From IMG/VR virus record IMGVR_UViG_3300044557_000292, positions 1 to 64,000 of that record: DNA of 64,000 nucleotides; one strand, given 5' to 3'. The position numbers and the translations under genes are program-made. Source of the stretch: a virus. Its lineage: Duplodnaviria > Heunggongvirae > Uroviricota > Caudoviricetes. Positions 29,160 through 39,706 of the stretch are shown in pieces; position 1 is the first letter of the stretch; each line of letters begins with the position of its first letter. Below the pieces are notes generated by a model. That model was given only the letters and a program-made list of their open reading frames with translations, was not told the origin of the DNA and did not search any database.

Positions 29160-30848
29160 TCATACGGACGAGGGGCCGGCATCTGGAGGTCCAGCATAGG
29201 CCTCAAGACCACCGACGACCTCACCGTCGATACTCGTAATGAAATCACGGGCTAGCGTGCTAAGAAGAATCTTGGTTGATGTCCCACTATGATGACCAAG
29301 AGGACAATCTCCCCCTGCCTTACAAGCGCGCGTTCCCCCATTATGATCATTCTCTTGATCCCATCCGTCAGCAATGTCATCTGTAGCAGACATCACCGAG
29401 TCAACCTCTGATAGGATGGCGTCCCTACTATACTGATCGTTTGATGCGATCCCGTCAACGTTAAGGCCAATAGTGGCAGCAGACTCCCTCAACTGTTGCA
29501 GGACGGCGTCCGCATCTTCATCTGAGGACACGCCACCGACCAGTCTCACGTCAACGGACAGATTCGATATGAATCGTATTGCCTTCTCAAGCCCCTTCTG
29601 ATCACCTGAGTCTTCACTGCTATCAGCATCTTCCCCACCGTCAGACAGCTCATTCTCCGCGTACCAGTCTATTCCACCTATGACCTCACCGTCAAGCTCT
29701 CGCATGAAGTCATGGGCAACGAGAGAGTTCACGACGCACTTGTACGCATAATAATCGTCAATCTTATGGCTACCTGGATCAGAATCAATGAGGTCATTAA
29801 TGATACCCTCATAGTTCTCACAAGTGTTCTTAATGTCTTCCAATGATTCCTCGGCTAGATTATTCCCGTGGACGAGATCCTCAGCGTGATCACGGATCCA
29901 CTCTACTGCCTCTAGAATACGCTCAGTCTCCCCTGTGAAGCCACTGCTTCCATCTAGTGCTTGCCTTGAGAGGAATCTCACAGCCTGGGCTGTGGAGTAG
30001 ATGAACTGGGGCTCGTCACCGCTTCTATTAAGATCACCCTGCTCAGCGTCGGCCAGTTCACTCTTGATGACCATCCATGCAGAGTCAGTTTGGACGAAAT
30101 CTAGCCATGCTTCAGATGGAACCGGGCGCTTGGAGTCACTCACGATGAGCTTGATCGTATCCCCGCTGTGAAGCACAGTGTTAAGGGCGGTCATCTTCCC
30201 GTTCACGATAGCACTAATAGTGCGGGCTCCAGGTGAACCCTCCGCGTTATTGTACGCATAATCGAGAACAGTGCTACCCTCGGGCAGGTCTGCTACCACA
30301 CCCTTGTCATTGAACACGTAGAAGTATTGACCGCCATTACGCTCATTGTTCTTATCAACCTTCTGATTGTCTTCCATGTTCCCATCCTCCCCACTCGATT
30401 CTTCCATATGTTTAGAATATTGTCTCAAGGCCAACGAGCGTGACATTCCGCGTAGAGTCTGTTCTATCTCCCGTTTTGAATTAGCACTATCATCATCTGA
30501 ATCATCACTCATTACAGTCGGGCTATTCCTGAGAACGACGGGTCGAGCATACGGACCCATACCGTACGGTGAGGGGTTGATCCTAAGGTACGGGGCTGAT
30601 GTCACGGGGAGGCCCCTGTACGTTTCCTGATCGGTCATCCATGTCCTCGTCTTATTCTCGTAGACGGGGACGCCCTCCAGCTCGTCTGAGAGGATCCAGA
30701 GGTCACCGTTCTTACCAAGGTAAAGACCGGGGACGATGGGATCGTAGGCTTCCGTGAGCCCCTGGGTGAGGAATCCGTACTCATTGCTCAGCCTACTAGC
30801 CTCACCATCAATCATCTTCGTGTAATCTTCGTTAACACGATTAGTCAT
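29160..30848 (-). CDS. Mosaic protein containing a RelA/SpoT-type TGS(+helical) domain and a Cys/His motif
   Basis: YVFNDKG.V.DLPEGSTVLDYAY...SAIVNGKM..LNTVL.SGDTIKLI...PSEAWLDFVQT matches the Rel TGS region; no synthetase or hydrolase domains. Confidence 0.8.
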   Translation of the reverse strand: MTNRVNEDYTKMIDGEASRLSNEYGFLTQGLTEAYDPIVPGLYLGKNGDLWILSDELEGVPVYENKTRTWMTDQETYRGLPVTSAPYLRINPSPYGMGPYARPVVLRNSPTVMSDDSDDDSANSKREIEQTLRGMSRSLALRQYSKHMEESSGEDGNMEDNQKVDKNNERNGGQYFYVFNDKGVVADLPEGSTVLDYAYNNAEGSPGARTISAIVNGKMTALNTVLHSGDTIKLIVSDSKRPVPSEAWLDFVQTDSAWMVIKSELADAEQGDLNRSGDEPQFIYSTAQAVRFLSRQALDGSSGFTGETERILEAVEWIRDHAEDLVHGNNLAEESLEDIKNTCENYEGIINDLIDSDPGSHKIDDYYAYKCVVNSLVAHDFMRELDGEVIGGIDWYAENELSDGGEDADSSEDSGDQKGLEKAIRFISNLSVDVRLVGGVSSDEDADAVLQQLRESAATIGLNVDGIASNDQYSRDAILSEVDSVMSATDDIADGWDQENDHNGGTRACKAGGDCPLGHHSGTSTKILLSTLARDFITSIDGEVVGGLEAYAGPPDAGPSSV

Positions 30849-30901
30849 GATCCTCCTCCCTCATCGTTTGAACAGATAGCCCGGTGGGCTTATTGAACCC
30901 A

Positions 30902-32047
30902 TTAGAAGATGTCATCGTCATCATCCTCACTCTTACCAGTGAACTCATCAATACTAGAATCATCACTGCCCTCAACTGGGGAGGAATTGGCCGCGGGGTC
31001 AAAATCAAAGATCGTTCCCTGGGCTCCCCCTCCATTGTCCTTCCGATCCCCATGACCATCACGTGGAGCATGATCGGGGGAAGACGAGTCCCAATCATCG
31101 TCCTCAGATGGTCTTGGTGTCAGTAGAATAAGACTCGGTGCTGGTTCCTTCATCCGGATCTGACTGTCAGTATCAGGATTCTTCATCAACTCGTTCAGAT
31201 CAGTGAGCTGGGAGTCTATCGTGTCTACAAGGTGGACCACGTAGGCCTCAATCGTGCGCGGCGTCTCCTCCCACCTCCCGTGGTGCTGGGTGAAGATGCT
31301 CTGCAAGATCCAGTACCCATCCTCGCCATAAAGACCAGACACTCGGGGGCGGAGCCTGGAGAGACGCTCACTCATGATGGTACGGTGACTCAACATGCGG
31401 CCTAGGTGGCTGATCTTTCCTCCATCATACTCCAGGGTCTTCCCCAGGTCATGGAGGAACGCGCCCACTACGATGAGGTCCTTCTCGTCTTGCGATAGTG
31501 CGTACAATGCTGAGTACATTGGATCCTCAACCACGAGCTTGGCGAAGCGTCCTACCTTGAGGGAGTGCGCCATGAGCCCGTGCGGGTACGCATCATGATG
31601 CCATATGGCCGCGTGCTCGTCCTTGAACCTCTCCGAGAGGTCACCGCTCAGGGGATCACCACCACCGTCACCCTTGAGGAGGATCTTGAAGAGCTCTTGG
31701 GCCTTCGGCGAGAGGGTCCTCACGAACCTGTGGGAGTCCTCATTCAACCCTCCATCATAGGGCGAGTACCTGTAAGCATTCTTGTCCACGGTATCTGGCA
31801 GTGGGTCAGCATCATCAATGATCACGCTGTTCTGTCCATTGTACGTCTGGTACTTACCGCGGACGTGGTACACTCCGTCATCTAGTTCAGGAGTACGCCA
31901 CTTCTTGAACTCGATGCTGCCATCACTCGTAGACAGGGTGCCGGAAGCATATGACCCGCCCTTAGAGCTCTTGATCTCGACCCTTTCTAGTAGAGCGTTG
32001 AACTCGAAGCTACCTCCGTCACGGAAGTCAAGCTTTCCATCAGTCAT
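30902..32047 (-). CDS. YhaM/Cbf1-like 3'-5' exoribonuclease (OB fold + HD domain)
   Basis: OB fold (G.Y..G.L.T..GSI..K.W...V.G..Q.YNG), AA..HHDAY.HGL..HSL, GAFLHDLGK..EY, QHHG..E, VHLVDTIDS. Confidence 0.85.
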   Translation of the reverse strand: MTDGKLDFRDGGSFEFNALLERVEIKSSKGGSYASGTLSTSDGSIEFKKWRTPELDDGVYHVRGKYQTYNGQNSVIIDDADPLPDTVDKNAYRYSPYDGGLNEDSHRFVRTLSPKAQELFKILLKGDGGGDPLSGDLSERFKDEHAAIWHHDAYPHGLMAHSLKVGRFAKLVVEDPMYSALYALSQDEKDLIVVGAFLHDLGKTLEYDGGKISHLGRMLSHRTIMSERLSRLRPRVSGLYGEDGYWILQSIFTQHHGRWEETPRTIEAYVVHLVDTIDSQLTDLNELMKNPDTDSQIRMKEPAPSLILLTPRPSEDDDWDSSSPDHAPRDGHGDRKDNGGGAQGTIFDFDPAANSSPVEGSDDSSIDEFTGKSEDDDDDIF

Positions 32048-32171
32048 CGTGTAGAATCCTTCCTCTCATAATCGTAAACAAAGTAAATAGGTTATGTCAT
32101 AATCTTAACAAGTATGAGCCGGAATTGCAATTTAGGGGTAACTGATTGAATAAGATTGTTGCTCGCCGCAC

Positions 32172-33020
32172 TCATGCGAATAGGATGTGATCAGCGATGA
32201 CTCTCCCATCACCATTGATTAGATCAAATTCAGTAAATAGAGAATAAGAGCATTTTCCATCAGAGAAAACTAGCTTCATATCATGGAAGTTATCCCACTT
32301 GCTCTTACTGAAGACAAGCTTATTGTCATCAAGTTGTCCGCCGATACGGATGAAGGTCAGGAAGTCATCACGAATGACGACAACACCATTCTCCTTATTG
32401 TTAAAAGGTGAATCGACACTCTTCATTGAAACCAGATCAGAATCATCAGAGATGAGTCCCTGGACAATCTTGAGCAGCGCGACAAGATCACTATTCGTAG
32501 CATGCTCGTCCACATTAATTCCAGTCATGATAGAATCAATGATCTCATCCTTGTCTATGAATTTTATATTGTCCAACCATCGATCAGTAATCCTGATAGC
32601 ATGCGTCCGCACGTTCTGCTCGCCGTTCGGCCCGTAATCCTCATTCAGAGTGTCCAGGATCATATTCTTGAATGACGTGAGGAAATGGCGAAGATTACTA
32701 TCCGCATATTCCCTAGTCCTCTTACTAGTCACGTAACGATTGATTCCATAGACGGTATAGACACCGGTCTTCAGGGCTTCGAATTCCTTTGGAGCGTCAG
32801 CGCGCTCCTTCAACACGGTTTCAAGTCTCTTGACCTCGCGCTCAAGCTCCATCTTCTTATCATTATAGGCGGATTCAAGAAGATCAATAGCTGCCTGCGC
32901 CCACGTCAAGTCAAGAGAATCATGAGCATAAGGGCTCCTGATCTTATTGGTCTGCGGGATGGTCACGTTGACCTCAACTGTAACGTCATCAATATGCTCA
33001 GTCATAATCTTTCCTTCCAA
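32172..33020 (-). CDS. Hypothetical protein
   Basis: 282-aa ORF with coiled-coil N-terminus. Confidence 0.7.
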   Translation of the reverse strand: MEGKIMTEHIDDVTVEVNVTIPQTNKIRSPYAHDSLDLTWAQAAIDLLESAYNDKKMELEREVKRLETVLKERADAPKEFEALKTGVYTVYGINRYVTSKRTREYADSNLRHFLTSFKNMILDTLNEDYGPNGEQNVRTHAIRITDRWLDNIKFIDKDEIIDSIMTGINVDEHATNSDLVALLKIVQGLISDDSDLVSMKSVDSPFNNKENGVVVIRDDFLTFIRIGGQLDDNKLVFSKSKWDNFHDMKLVFSDGKCSYSLFTEFDLINGDGRVIADHILFA

Positions 33021-33055
33021 TTCATCTGTTATAATATTACTCGATAAAAGAATTC

Positions 33056-33322
33056 CTATTGCCTAAGATCGTTCATGGAATCAGCTGGGAACACGAGTCT
33101 ACGGAATGATTCCATCCTCATCTCCTCAACCATCTTCCCGTCATAATCTTCAATGGCCTCCTCAATGGACGTATGATTGTCGTCAGCCATCTGTCCCGCC
33201 ACCAGTCTTCTACGATTGACCATATCTGGGTGAGCATTCAACTCCTTCTTGTACTCATCTTCATAGTCAACCGACAGTGCGTTCACCAGATCAATCATCT
33301 TCATAGTCTTGATCCTCCTCAT
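33056..33322 (-). CDS. Small hypothetical protein
   Basis: GAGGAGG RBS before MKMID. Confidence 0.55.
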   Translation of the reverse strand: MRRIKTMKMIDLVNALSVDYEDEYKKELNAHPDMVNRRRLVAGQMADDNHTSIEEAIEDYDGKMVEEMRMESFRRLVFPADSMNDLRQ

Positions 33323-34685
33323 CTACCTCTCTTATAAGCCATCCGTTATGATTCCTATCCTCATGAAGGCTTAAATGCTTAATGCTCTCCCCTGATTCTA
33401 ATCCACCATTAGAGTCATCAGGGGAGTCAGTCTCATTCACCAGTTCTTTCTCCCATGCGGCCATTGACCCACCAGACTCGTCTTCAATAGGAACAATACC
33501 TGGAAGGCTACTCATGTCAAACGTGACGATGCGATCTTTAACGATCTTGGACGGGTCAGGAGTCTTACTGATCTTATTGATCTTATCGTTAAGAGCATCG
33601 GTTATCTTATCCTCAAGCTCTATAAGATTGCTCCCAGTGACCACGCCGATTGAGTCCAGACCACGGGATCTCCTGAGGCTCGATGAGAAGCACAATGTGG
33701 AGAGATCAGGGCTGTAGAGGATCTCCCCAATGCTCCTCCCGTCAACGTAGACTAACCCCTCAAAGTCCACGTTATGCCACTCGTCAGATTCCTCGGTGAA
33801 GCCCAGAGCTTGTCTGACCCTGCAATCAGCGTCACTGCTTGGAAGATCATTCACGATCTCATCATAATCACAGTGGTAATCACCCGTCTTACCATCAGGT
33901 CTTTTGAGAACACCGTCACGCAAAGACCAATCAGCACTAGCAAGCTCATAGGATTGATCGTCGTGATAATCATTCTTATGATCGTCGTCGTATTTGAACG
34001 GGTTGAACCTGATGAGGAGGTGAGCACCACGCCTACCCATCTCGTCTTCAACTAGCGCGTCAATCGGCCGATCACTATATTCTCGCTCACTGGTCACGAT
34101 AGTGGTGATCATATCCTCGGTGAAGACAATCCCGTCATCCTTGAGGTCATCATCATAATCCTCGTGGACGTGCTTCGTGAAATCATCCAGAACCGTCCGG
34201 TAGTTTGGAGCATTCCTGACCGCATCTTCAAGTACGCTCTTAACATGCCTCGTGTACTCATCCTCATGGCAGGGGACGCTCCACGAGCCCCTGTTCGCAT
34301 CAGTGACCTCATCAATGAAGCCGATCACCCCGTCCTCGGTGACCGGGGCAGCCCTCCTCGGGAATACCATGACCGACCTGTACTCAACAGGAAAATCACC
34401 ACTGTACGAATAGCCCGTGAATGCGGCTGATGCTGATCGTGACAAGACCCTTGCGGCCTCGTCAGCGTCTTCATGAGAGGTGAACCAATACGTTCTACCA
34501 TGCTTGTCACGAATAGGGTGTAAGATGCCTGGATTCGCGTAGTCACCGAACCCACCATCCTGTCCGATACCTGAGGCAACGATCCAGTATGGCTCATCAC
34601 GATTCTCATTACTGATCATGGGCTGCGTATTCCTCCTCATGCTTGTTAACAGTCTGGTTGAAGTCTTCAACGGGCGCTCCCTCAC
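33291..34685 (-). CDS. Acidic hypothetical protein (start likely near 34619)
   Basis: Long ORF with GAGGAGG RBS before MISNE. Confidence 0.75.
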   Translation of the reverse strand: MRERPLKTSTRLLTSMRRNTQPMISNENRDEPYWIVASGIGQDGGFGDYANPGILHPIRDKHGRTYWFTSHEDADEAARVLSRSASAAFTGYSYSGDFPVEYRSVMVFPRRAAPVTEDGVIGFIDEVTDANRGSWSVPCHEDEYTRHVKSVLEDAVRNAPNYRTVLDDFTKHVHEDYDDDLKDDGIVFTEDMITTIVTSEREYSDRPIDALVEDEMGRRGAHLLIRFNPFKYDDDHKNDYHDDQSYELASADWSLRDGVLKRPDGKTGDYHCDYDEIVNDLPSSDADCRVRQALGFTEESDEWHNVDFEGLVYVDGRSIGEILYSPDLSTLCFSSSLRRSRGLDSIGVVTGSNLIELEDKITDALNDKINKISKTPDPSKIVKDRIVTFDMSSLPGIVPIEDESGGSMAAWEKELVNETDSPDDSNGGLESGESIKHLSLHEDRNHNGWLIREVDEEDQDYEDD

Positions 34686-34832
34686 CCGAGTAGATGAAGA
34701 CGATGATGATTAGACAATATTACCCGCGCTAGGTCTTGTCAATCTGCCATCTGCTAGTCGTAAGATTCCTATAGGAAGTTAAGAGGGAGTGGTGGATGCG
34801 TTCAGATCGCGCTCAGAACGAGTGAAATGGGA

Positions 34833-34889
34833 AAGGGCGTGATAGCAACGCTTCTAGTGTAACACGGGGAAGCATATCCTAGGATATAG
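34833..34889 (+). repeat. Dispersed repeat family B, copy 4
   Basis: AAGGGCGTGATAGCAACGC...GTGTAACACGGGGAAGCATATCCTAGGATATAG. Confidence 0.9.
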
Positions 34890-35060
34890 CATTAAAGCCA
34901 TCCCCCATCCAGGCAGCCTGCCATCTCCATATGCCTGCATCCTTACGTCACTCATAGGATCTCCCGCGATGGCCTGTAAGTCTAGTAGCCCATGATGAGG
35001 ACGGGAGGGGCGGTGCGTCCATCCTCCGAATCCGAGGGCATAATGCGCTAGGAGCGCGGA

Positions 35061-35148
35061 GGATGCGTTCTAACACGCTGTGAGCCAGGTGAGTAAAAAA
35101 ACACGCGCCACGCCCGGTCGAGCGTCTAAGGCGTCATGGAATGCGTCT
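35061..35148 (+). repeat. Dispersed repeat family A, copy 6
   Basis: Full consensus, just downstream of the aspA stop. Confidence 0.92.
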
Positions 35149-35166
35149 GAACGGTGCTCGGGGTCA

Positions 35167-36621
35167 CTAGCTTGCCTTAACCCCATCAGGACCATCATCA
35201 CGGTCATCAAAATCATACTTCCTGAGCGCTTCTGGAATGCTCACACCCTCCTCCACAAGCTCTTCGATGATTGTTCTACCGCTCATGCTAGCACTGTGGG
35301 CTATCCGCGCGGCAGTATCATATCCAAGGGTCGTGTTCAGGAATGTGGCCAGGGTGAGTGATGAGCCAGCGTACCTCCTGCCAACATCTTCACGTACGGT
35401 GAGCTCGTGCAGAGCCTTCCCTGACAGCATGATCATGCCGTGCTCAAGAACTGACTCCTCATCAAGCAGGCTATGGGCGATCACAGGCTCGAATGCGTTC
35501 AACTGGAGTTGGCCGGCCTGCGCGGCGTCCATGATCGTGTGATCTAGCCCGTTAACCGTGAACACGACCTGGTCAATAGACTCCATGATGACGGGGTTCA
35601 CCTTACCGGGCATGATTGATGAACCCGCCTGCACGGCCGGGAGTATGACCTCACCTAGTCCAGCCCTGGGGCCACTCGCGAGGAGTCTCATATCATCGGC
35701 GAGCTTCCTCAGGTGGGTGGCAATGACCCTCATCGCGTTAGAAGCGTCAATCATCACCCCCATGTCTGTCATGTCAGCAACTGGGTCAACCGATGGGGTC
35801 AATGCTAGGTTAGTGAGACCGGCTAGCCTCTTTACTGTTCCCTCGGCATACCCCGCCGGAGCGTTGATACCAGTGCCGACAGCCGTCCCACCTAGGGGTA
35901 TCGTCCTTAACTCCTCAACGACCCCAGCTACACGATGCTCGTCACCTTCCAGTTGACGGGCGTACGCGCTGAATATTCTCCCGTACGTGATTGGAACAGC
36001 GTCCTGCAACTGGGTGCGGCCAATCGTAACCGCGTTCTCGTGCCGCCCGGCTATCATATCGAGATCCTCCACCACGGTTGTGATGACACGCTCGAGGTCA
36101 TGGAGCTTCCACGCGAGCGCGATCCTGAGGGCGGTCGGGTACGTGTCATTCGTCGACTGGCTCATGTTCACGTCGTCAACTGGGCTGACCACCCCGTATG
36201 ATCCCCTAGGCCATCCCCCGTGCTCGAGGGCTAGGTTTGCTATCACCTCGTTCACGTTCATGTTCAGTGACGTTCCCGCCCCGCCCTGTAGAACGTCAAC
36301 TGGGAACTGGTCCATCCATCTGCGTCCATCAGAATCACGGTCACTCGTGATGGCCGACAGGCTCATGCAAGCCCATGCTATCAGATCATGCTTCCATCCA
36401 GGCATCCACCCCCGCAACAGGTTCTCCTCAACAGCGGCCAGCTTCACGAGCGCATAAGCCCTGATAAGCTCTGGGTGGGCTGATTCAGGGATGCTACTCA
36501 CGTGGAAGTTGTCTATCGCCCTCTGGGTCTGTGACCCCCAGTACGCGGTGTCTGGTATGCTCACAACGCTAATGCTGTCATGTTCTGTCCTCATGGGCTG
36601 CCCCTCCTTGAATAAACGCAC
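35167..36621 (-). CDS. aspA: Aspartate ammonia-lyase (fumarase/aspartase family)
   Basis: YWGSQTQRAIDNF, QGGAGTSLNMNVNEVIAN, SQSTNDTYPT, GRTQLQDAVP, GSSIMPGKVNPV, GQLQLNAFEP. Confidence 0.95.
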   Translation of the reverse strand: MRLFKEGQPMRTEHDSISVVSIPDTAYWGSQTQRAIDNFHVSSIPESAHPELIRAYALVKLAAVEENLLRGWMPGWKHDLIAWACMSLSAITSDRDSDGRRWMDQFPVDVLQGGAGTSLNMNVNEVIANLALEHGGWPRGSYGVVSPVDDVNMSQSTNDTYPTALRIALAWKLHDLERVITTVVEDLDMIAGRHENAVTIGRTQLQDAVPITYGRIFSAYARQLEGDEHRVAGVVEELRTIPLGGTAVGTGINAPAGYAEGTVKRLAGLTNLALTPSVDPVADMTDMGVMIDASNAMRVIATHLRKLADDMRLLASGPRAGLGEVILPAVQAGSSIMPGKVNPVIMESIDQVVFTVNGLDHTIMDAAQAGQLQLNAFEPVIAHSLLDEESVLEHGMIMLSGKALHELTVREDVGRRYAGSSLTLATFLNTTLGYDTAARIAHSASMSGRTIIEELVEEGVSIPEALRKYDFDDRDDGPDGVKAS

Positions 36622-36704
36622 CGTCCGTTGGGTCGCGTATTGATTCGGCCTTCACGTGGACTCGATGCTCAGGGGTAAGATATTCACCCGTGAGCCTTAT
36701 GGAA

Positions 36705-37058
36705 TCAGGAATCTTCCTCTTCCTTGAGGATTGATTCCAGTATGGACACGAGGTAGCCTTTACTCCAGTCACGGTGCCCACCGTTGCAGTGAGCTTGAAT
36801 GCTATCGTCTTCCCCGTTGAGCACGAGCACAGCAAAAAGATCCTTCTGGGCCAGCTTGCCATCAAGATCATTACTGCTACCACTAGGATCGTGAGCTGGG
36901 AGGTTCGCGTCTGCTACTGGTGGATTGCTGTCATCTCCATGCTCTCCACGTTCATCATCTTGAAGGTCATCCCCGTATAGATCAGACTTGATCTCACTTA
37001 GTCTTGCGTCGAGGGCCGCCTCGATGGATTCGTACTGCTCGCCGATCATGATCTTCAT
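36705..37058 (-). CDS. Hypothetical protein
   Basis: 117-aa acidic ORF. Confidence 0.55.
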   Translation of the reverse strand: MKIMIGEQYESIEAALDARLSEIKSDLYGDDLQDDERGEHGDDSNPPVADANLPAHDPSGSSNDLDGKLAQKDLFAVLVLNGEDDSIQAHCNGGHRDWSKGYLVSILESILKEEEDS

Positions 37059-37081
37059 TCATTTTCAGCTCTGAGCTTTAT

Positions 37082-38365
37082 CTAAACGATATTAGACAGC
37101 GCGGAAAGACTCATGTTAGCATCCATCACCACGTTCACGTCAAGATCACGAGTCTCCCTGTTCAAGGTGTCTTCAATGCTACTCAGTCCTGATATGATGT
37201 CAGTAAGAACTTGCGCGTCTGAATCATTCCGATGATGATCATTGATGAGGTTCTTCACCTCCATCATTAGATTGTCGAATCGTGTGATTATCGCAGTCTT
37301 CACGTCATCACTCATGGGAGACGATCTTATCCCCTCGCTTATCCTATCAGCAAGATCATATGCTGACTTGACATCAGAATCATTCATGGGTATCTCGTCA
37401 CCGGCAGCGTGGATGATCACGGGATTATGGTCAACGTCATCAGTCTTCATCATGGAGACAGCCACGTCAAGACTCCTGTTCCTCCTAAGCTTCCTCCTCA
37501 ACCTACCGTAAGCCCATCTTATGCCGATGATAGATTTGATCCTATCCCATGGCGACATCCTCATCAAGTCTAGTGGAAGCTCTTTCCACACGACGAGCCT
37601 AGGATCATTAAGACATATCTCACCCTGCACGTGATCCTTAACGGCTTGCTTCCTCAGTGACTCCGCCTTGGATACAGCATCATATACAGCTTGTCTTAAC
37701 CCAGTCTGATCGTAATCGCTCGTCATTCTAGAATTGCACGATACCAGGTAATGATTATCAACGTAAACAATGCTGCCATCATCAAGCAAGACCCTGAATG
37801 GCGTGAGGGATAAGCTTCGCACGACGCGCATGCCACTGCTTCCAGACTGCTCGCGAGACCAATCGTCATTGAACCATCCGGGGATCGAATTCCCATCGAA
37901 TCTTGAGAGCATGATTGTGTGCGGGTAATCACGCAGGATGACGGTATGACGCTTACTCCTGCTACCGTAACCGTTATTCATAGCCCTATAGGCCATGAGC
38001 TTGATCCTGTCGAACAGCATGCGTCTATGGTTAAGAATGAGAGCAGCAGCTGCGAACAAGATGACGTTGAGCAGCATGACGATGGGAATGAATGCTTGGA
38101 AACGATCAAGGAAACCGGTTGCGTATGCTATGAAACCAGTTCCGATTAAGACTCCAATCAGCATTGATAGCTGGCCGTACCCGGTACTGCCATTATAGAA
38201 GACATCATCGAATGGATCCGCCCATCTGTCATCTCCGGAGTAACCCAAGTATCGCTCTATGCGCGGGATCCTAACGTCAGCGTGATCATTCCGAATGATT
38301 GACCATGCTGAAGACGCATCACCCGATTCAGAGCACTCATTGCCTACTGATTCCTCGTTGCTCAT
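37082..38365 (-). CDS. Paralog family member 1 (TM hairpin + RxD.xSIP.W domain + coiled coil)
   Basis: GYGS..KRHT...MLSRFDGNSIPGWF. Confidence 0.8.
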   Translation of the reverse strand: MSNEESVGNECSESGDASSAWSIIRNDHADVRIPRIERYLGYSGDDRWADPFDDVFYNGSTGYGQLSMLIGVLIGTGFIAYATGFLDRFQAFIPIVMLLNVILFAAAALILNHRRMLFDRIKLMAYRAMNNGYGSRSKRHTVILRDYPHTIMLSRFDGNSIPGWFNDDWSREQSGSSGMRVVRSLSLTPFRVLLDDGSIVYVDNHYLVSCNSRMTSDYDQTGLRQAVYDAVSKAESLRKQAVKDHVQGEICLNDPRLVVWKELPLDLMRMSPWDRIKSIIGIRWAYGRLRRKLRRNRSLDVAVSMMKTDDVDHNPVIIHAAGDEIPMNDSDVKSAYDLADRISEGIRSSPMSDDVKTAIITRFDNLMMEVKNLINDHHRNDSDAQVLTDIISGLSSIEDTLNRETRDLDVNVVMDANMSLSALSNIV

Positions 38366-38375
38366 GAACTTCCTC

Positions 38376-39587
38376 CTAACCAGCCATATCTACGGCAACG
38401 CTTGAGAGATTGCTGATCGTGTCCTTCACCTCGTTGATGTCAACCGTACCATTCTCCTCCAGTAGACTCAGCGTTGATTCCAATTCATCAAGGGCGGACG
38501 CGACCTCCTCCATCCTCATGAACGCGGAATGATCATGACTGGGCGCATCGTTGAACCTGAGGAGGGCATGCTGCGCGCTGAGCGCGGTAAGCTCACGATC
38601 AATGATACTCCGAGTCTCATCATCAATGACCAGGGATGAGGACACCCGTCCGCGGAGTCGAGTTATCCTCCCCGTAACCTCATCTCCTATCGTCTCGGGG
38701 ATAGCAGTCATGGGCTTCCCGTTCAAGTGCTCACTTGTTATGAATTCCTGAGAGTCATTAAGCTTGCTCACATCAATTCTGATTGGGCTATAACCATCAG
38801 CATTAGAGTCAGCAATGGTCGTTAATAAGTCAAGATTCTGCATGGTCTGTTGCGTTGTCTCATTGTGTTTGACAAGATCGCGATAGAGCTTCCTCACCCT
38901 ATGGATAGTCCACATCATCTTCAACGGGTTCTTCTTCAAACGTCTTACTGACGATTGGCCATCACTCGCCCTGGCATTCTCCGCTTGATTCCTCCAATCA
39001 GCATCCTTCCAGTCAGATGAATATCCAGCGTCACAATCAGCGTGATTGACCGCGTCCTCTATGAACTTCATCAGTGATGTCTTATCATCAAACTCACGGA
39101 GGAAGGCTTCATTCCACGATACTAGCCAGTGATTAGGCGTGTGGATCGTCCCGTAATAGGTATGATAAGGTGGCCTATGAATGATCTCGAATGGCCGCAG
39201 TGAGACCTGACCGAGGGCTCTCATCCCCCGCTTAGATGGCGAGTGGTCATTAGCCCAAGAGCTGGTGAACCATCCAGGTATGCTGTCATGATCCCATCTC
39301 GTGAGCATCATGAGGCTATCCCCATGCTTGAATTCCACCGTTGTTCTGTGGGCAATGCTCCCATAACCAGCATTCACGATCCTCCTCATCATGAGGGCAA
39401 GCTCGTTAAGACCAATCCTAGTTATCGAATCATCGTTATCACTGGGATTAGCCTTAACGGCCCGTTCCTCTGATAGGAACGCTTCAACTGGATCCAGATC
39501 TTCATCTTTAACGATGTTTACCTGCTCTGACCATTCCTCGGAGTGGCCATTACGCCAGAGTCTCACTATCTTCAAGACTTCCACCAC
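38376..39587 (-). CDS. Paralog family member 2 (no TM)
   Basis: GYGS..HRTT...MLTRWDHDSIPGWF. Confidence 0.8.
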   Translation of the reverse strand: MVEVLKIVRLWRNGHSEEWSEQVNIVKDEDLDPVEAFLSEERAVKANPSDNDDSITRIGLNELALMMRRIVNAGYGSIAHRTTVEFKHGDSLMMLTRWDHDSIPGWFTSSWANDHSPSKRGMRALGQVSLRPFEIIHRPPYHTYYGTIHTPNHWLVSWNEAFLREFDDKTSLMKFIEDAVNHADCDAGYSSDWKDADWRNQAENARASDGQSSVRRLKKNPLKMMWTIHRVRKLYRDLVKHNETTQQTMQNLDLLTTIADSNADGYSPIRIDVSKLNDSQEFITSEHLNGKPMTAIPETIGDEVTGRITRLRGRVSSSLVIDDETRSIIDRELTALSAQHALLRFNDAPSHDHSAFMRMEEVASALDELESTLSLLEENGTVDINEVKDTISNLSSVAVDMAG

Positions 39588-39706
39588 CTAATCTTTCATC
39601 AATGATCCACGCATCTACTCATTCCCCCATATGATCATTATAACCCCGTTCAATAGTCCATTCAATCTTGTTCAGATAGCCGTTAATACAGTCCTAATCG
39701 TGACGG

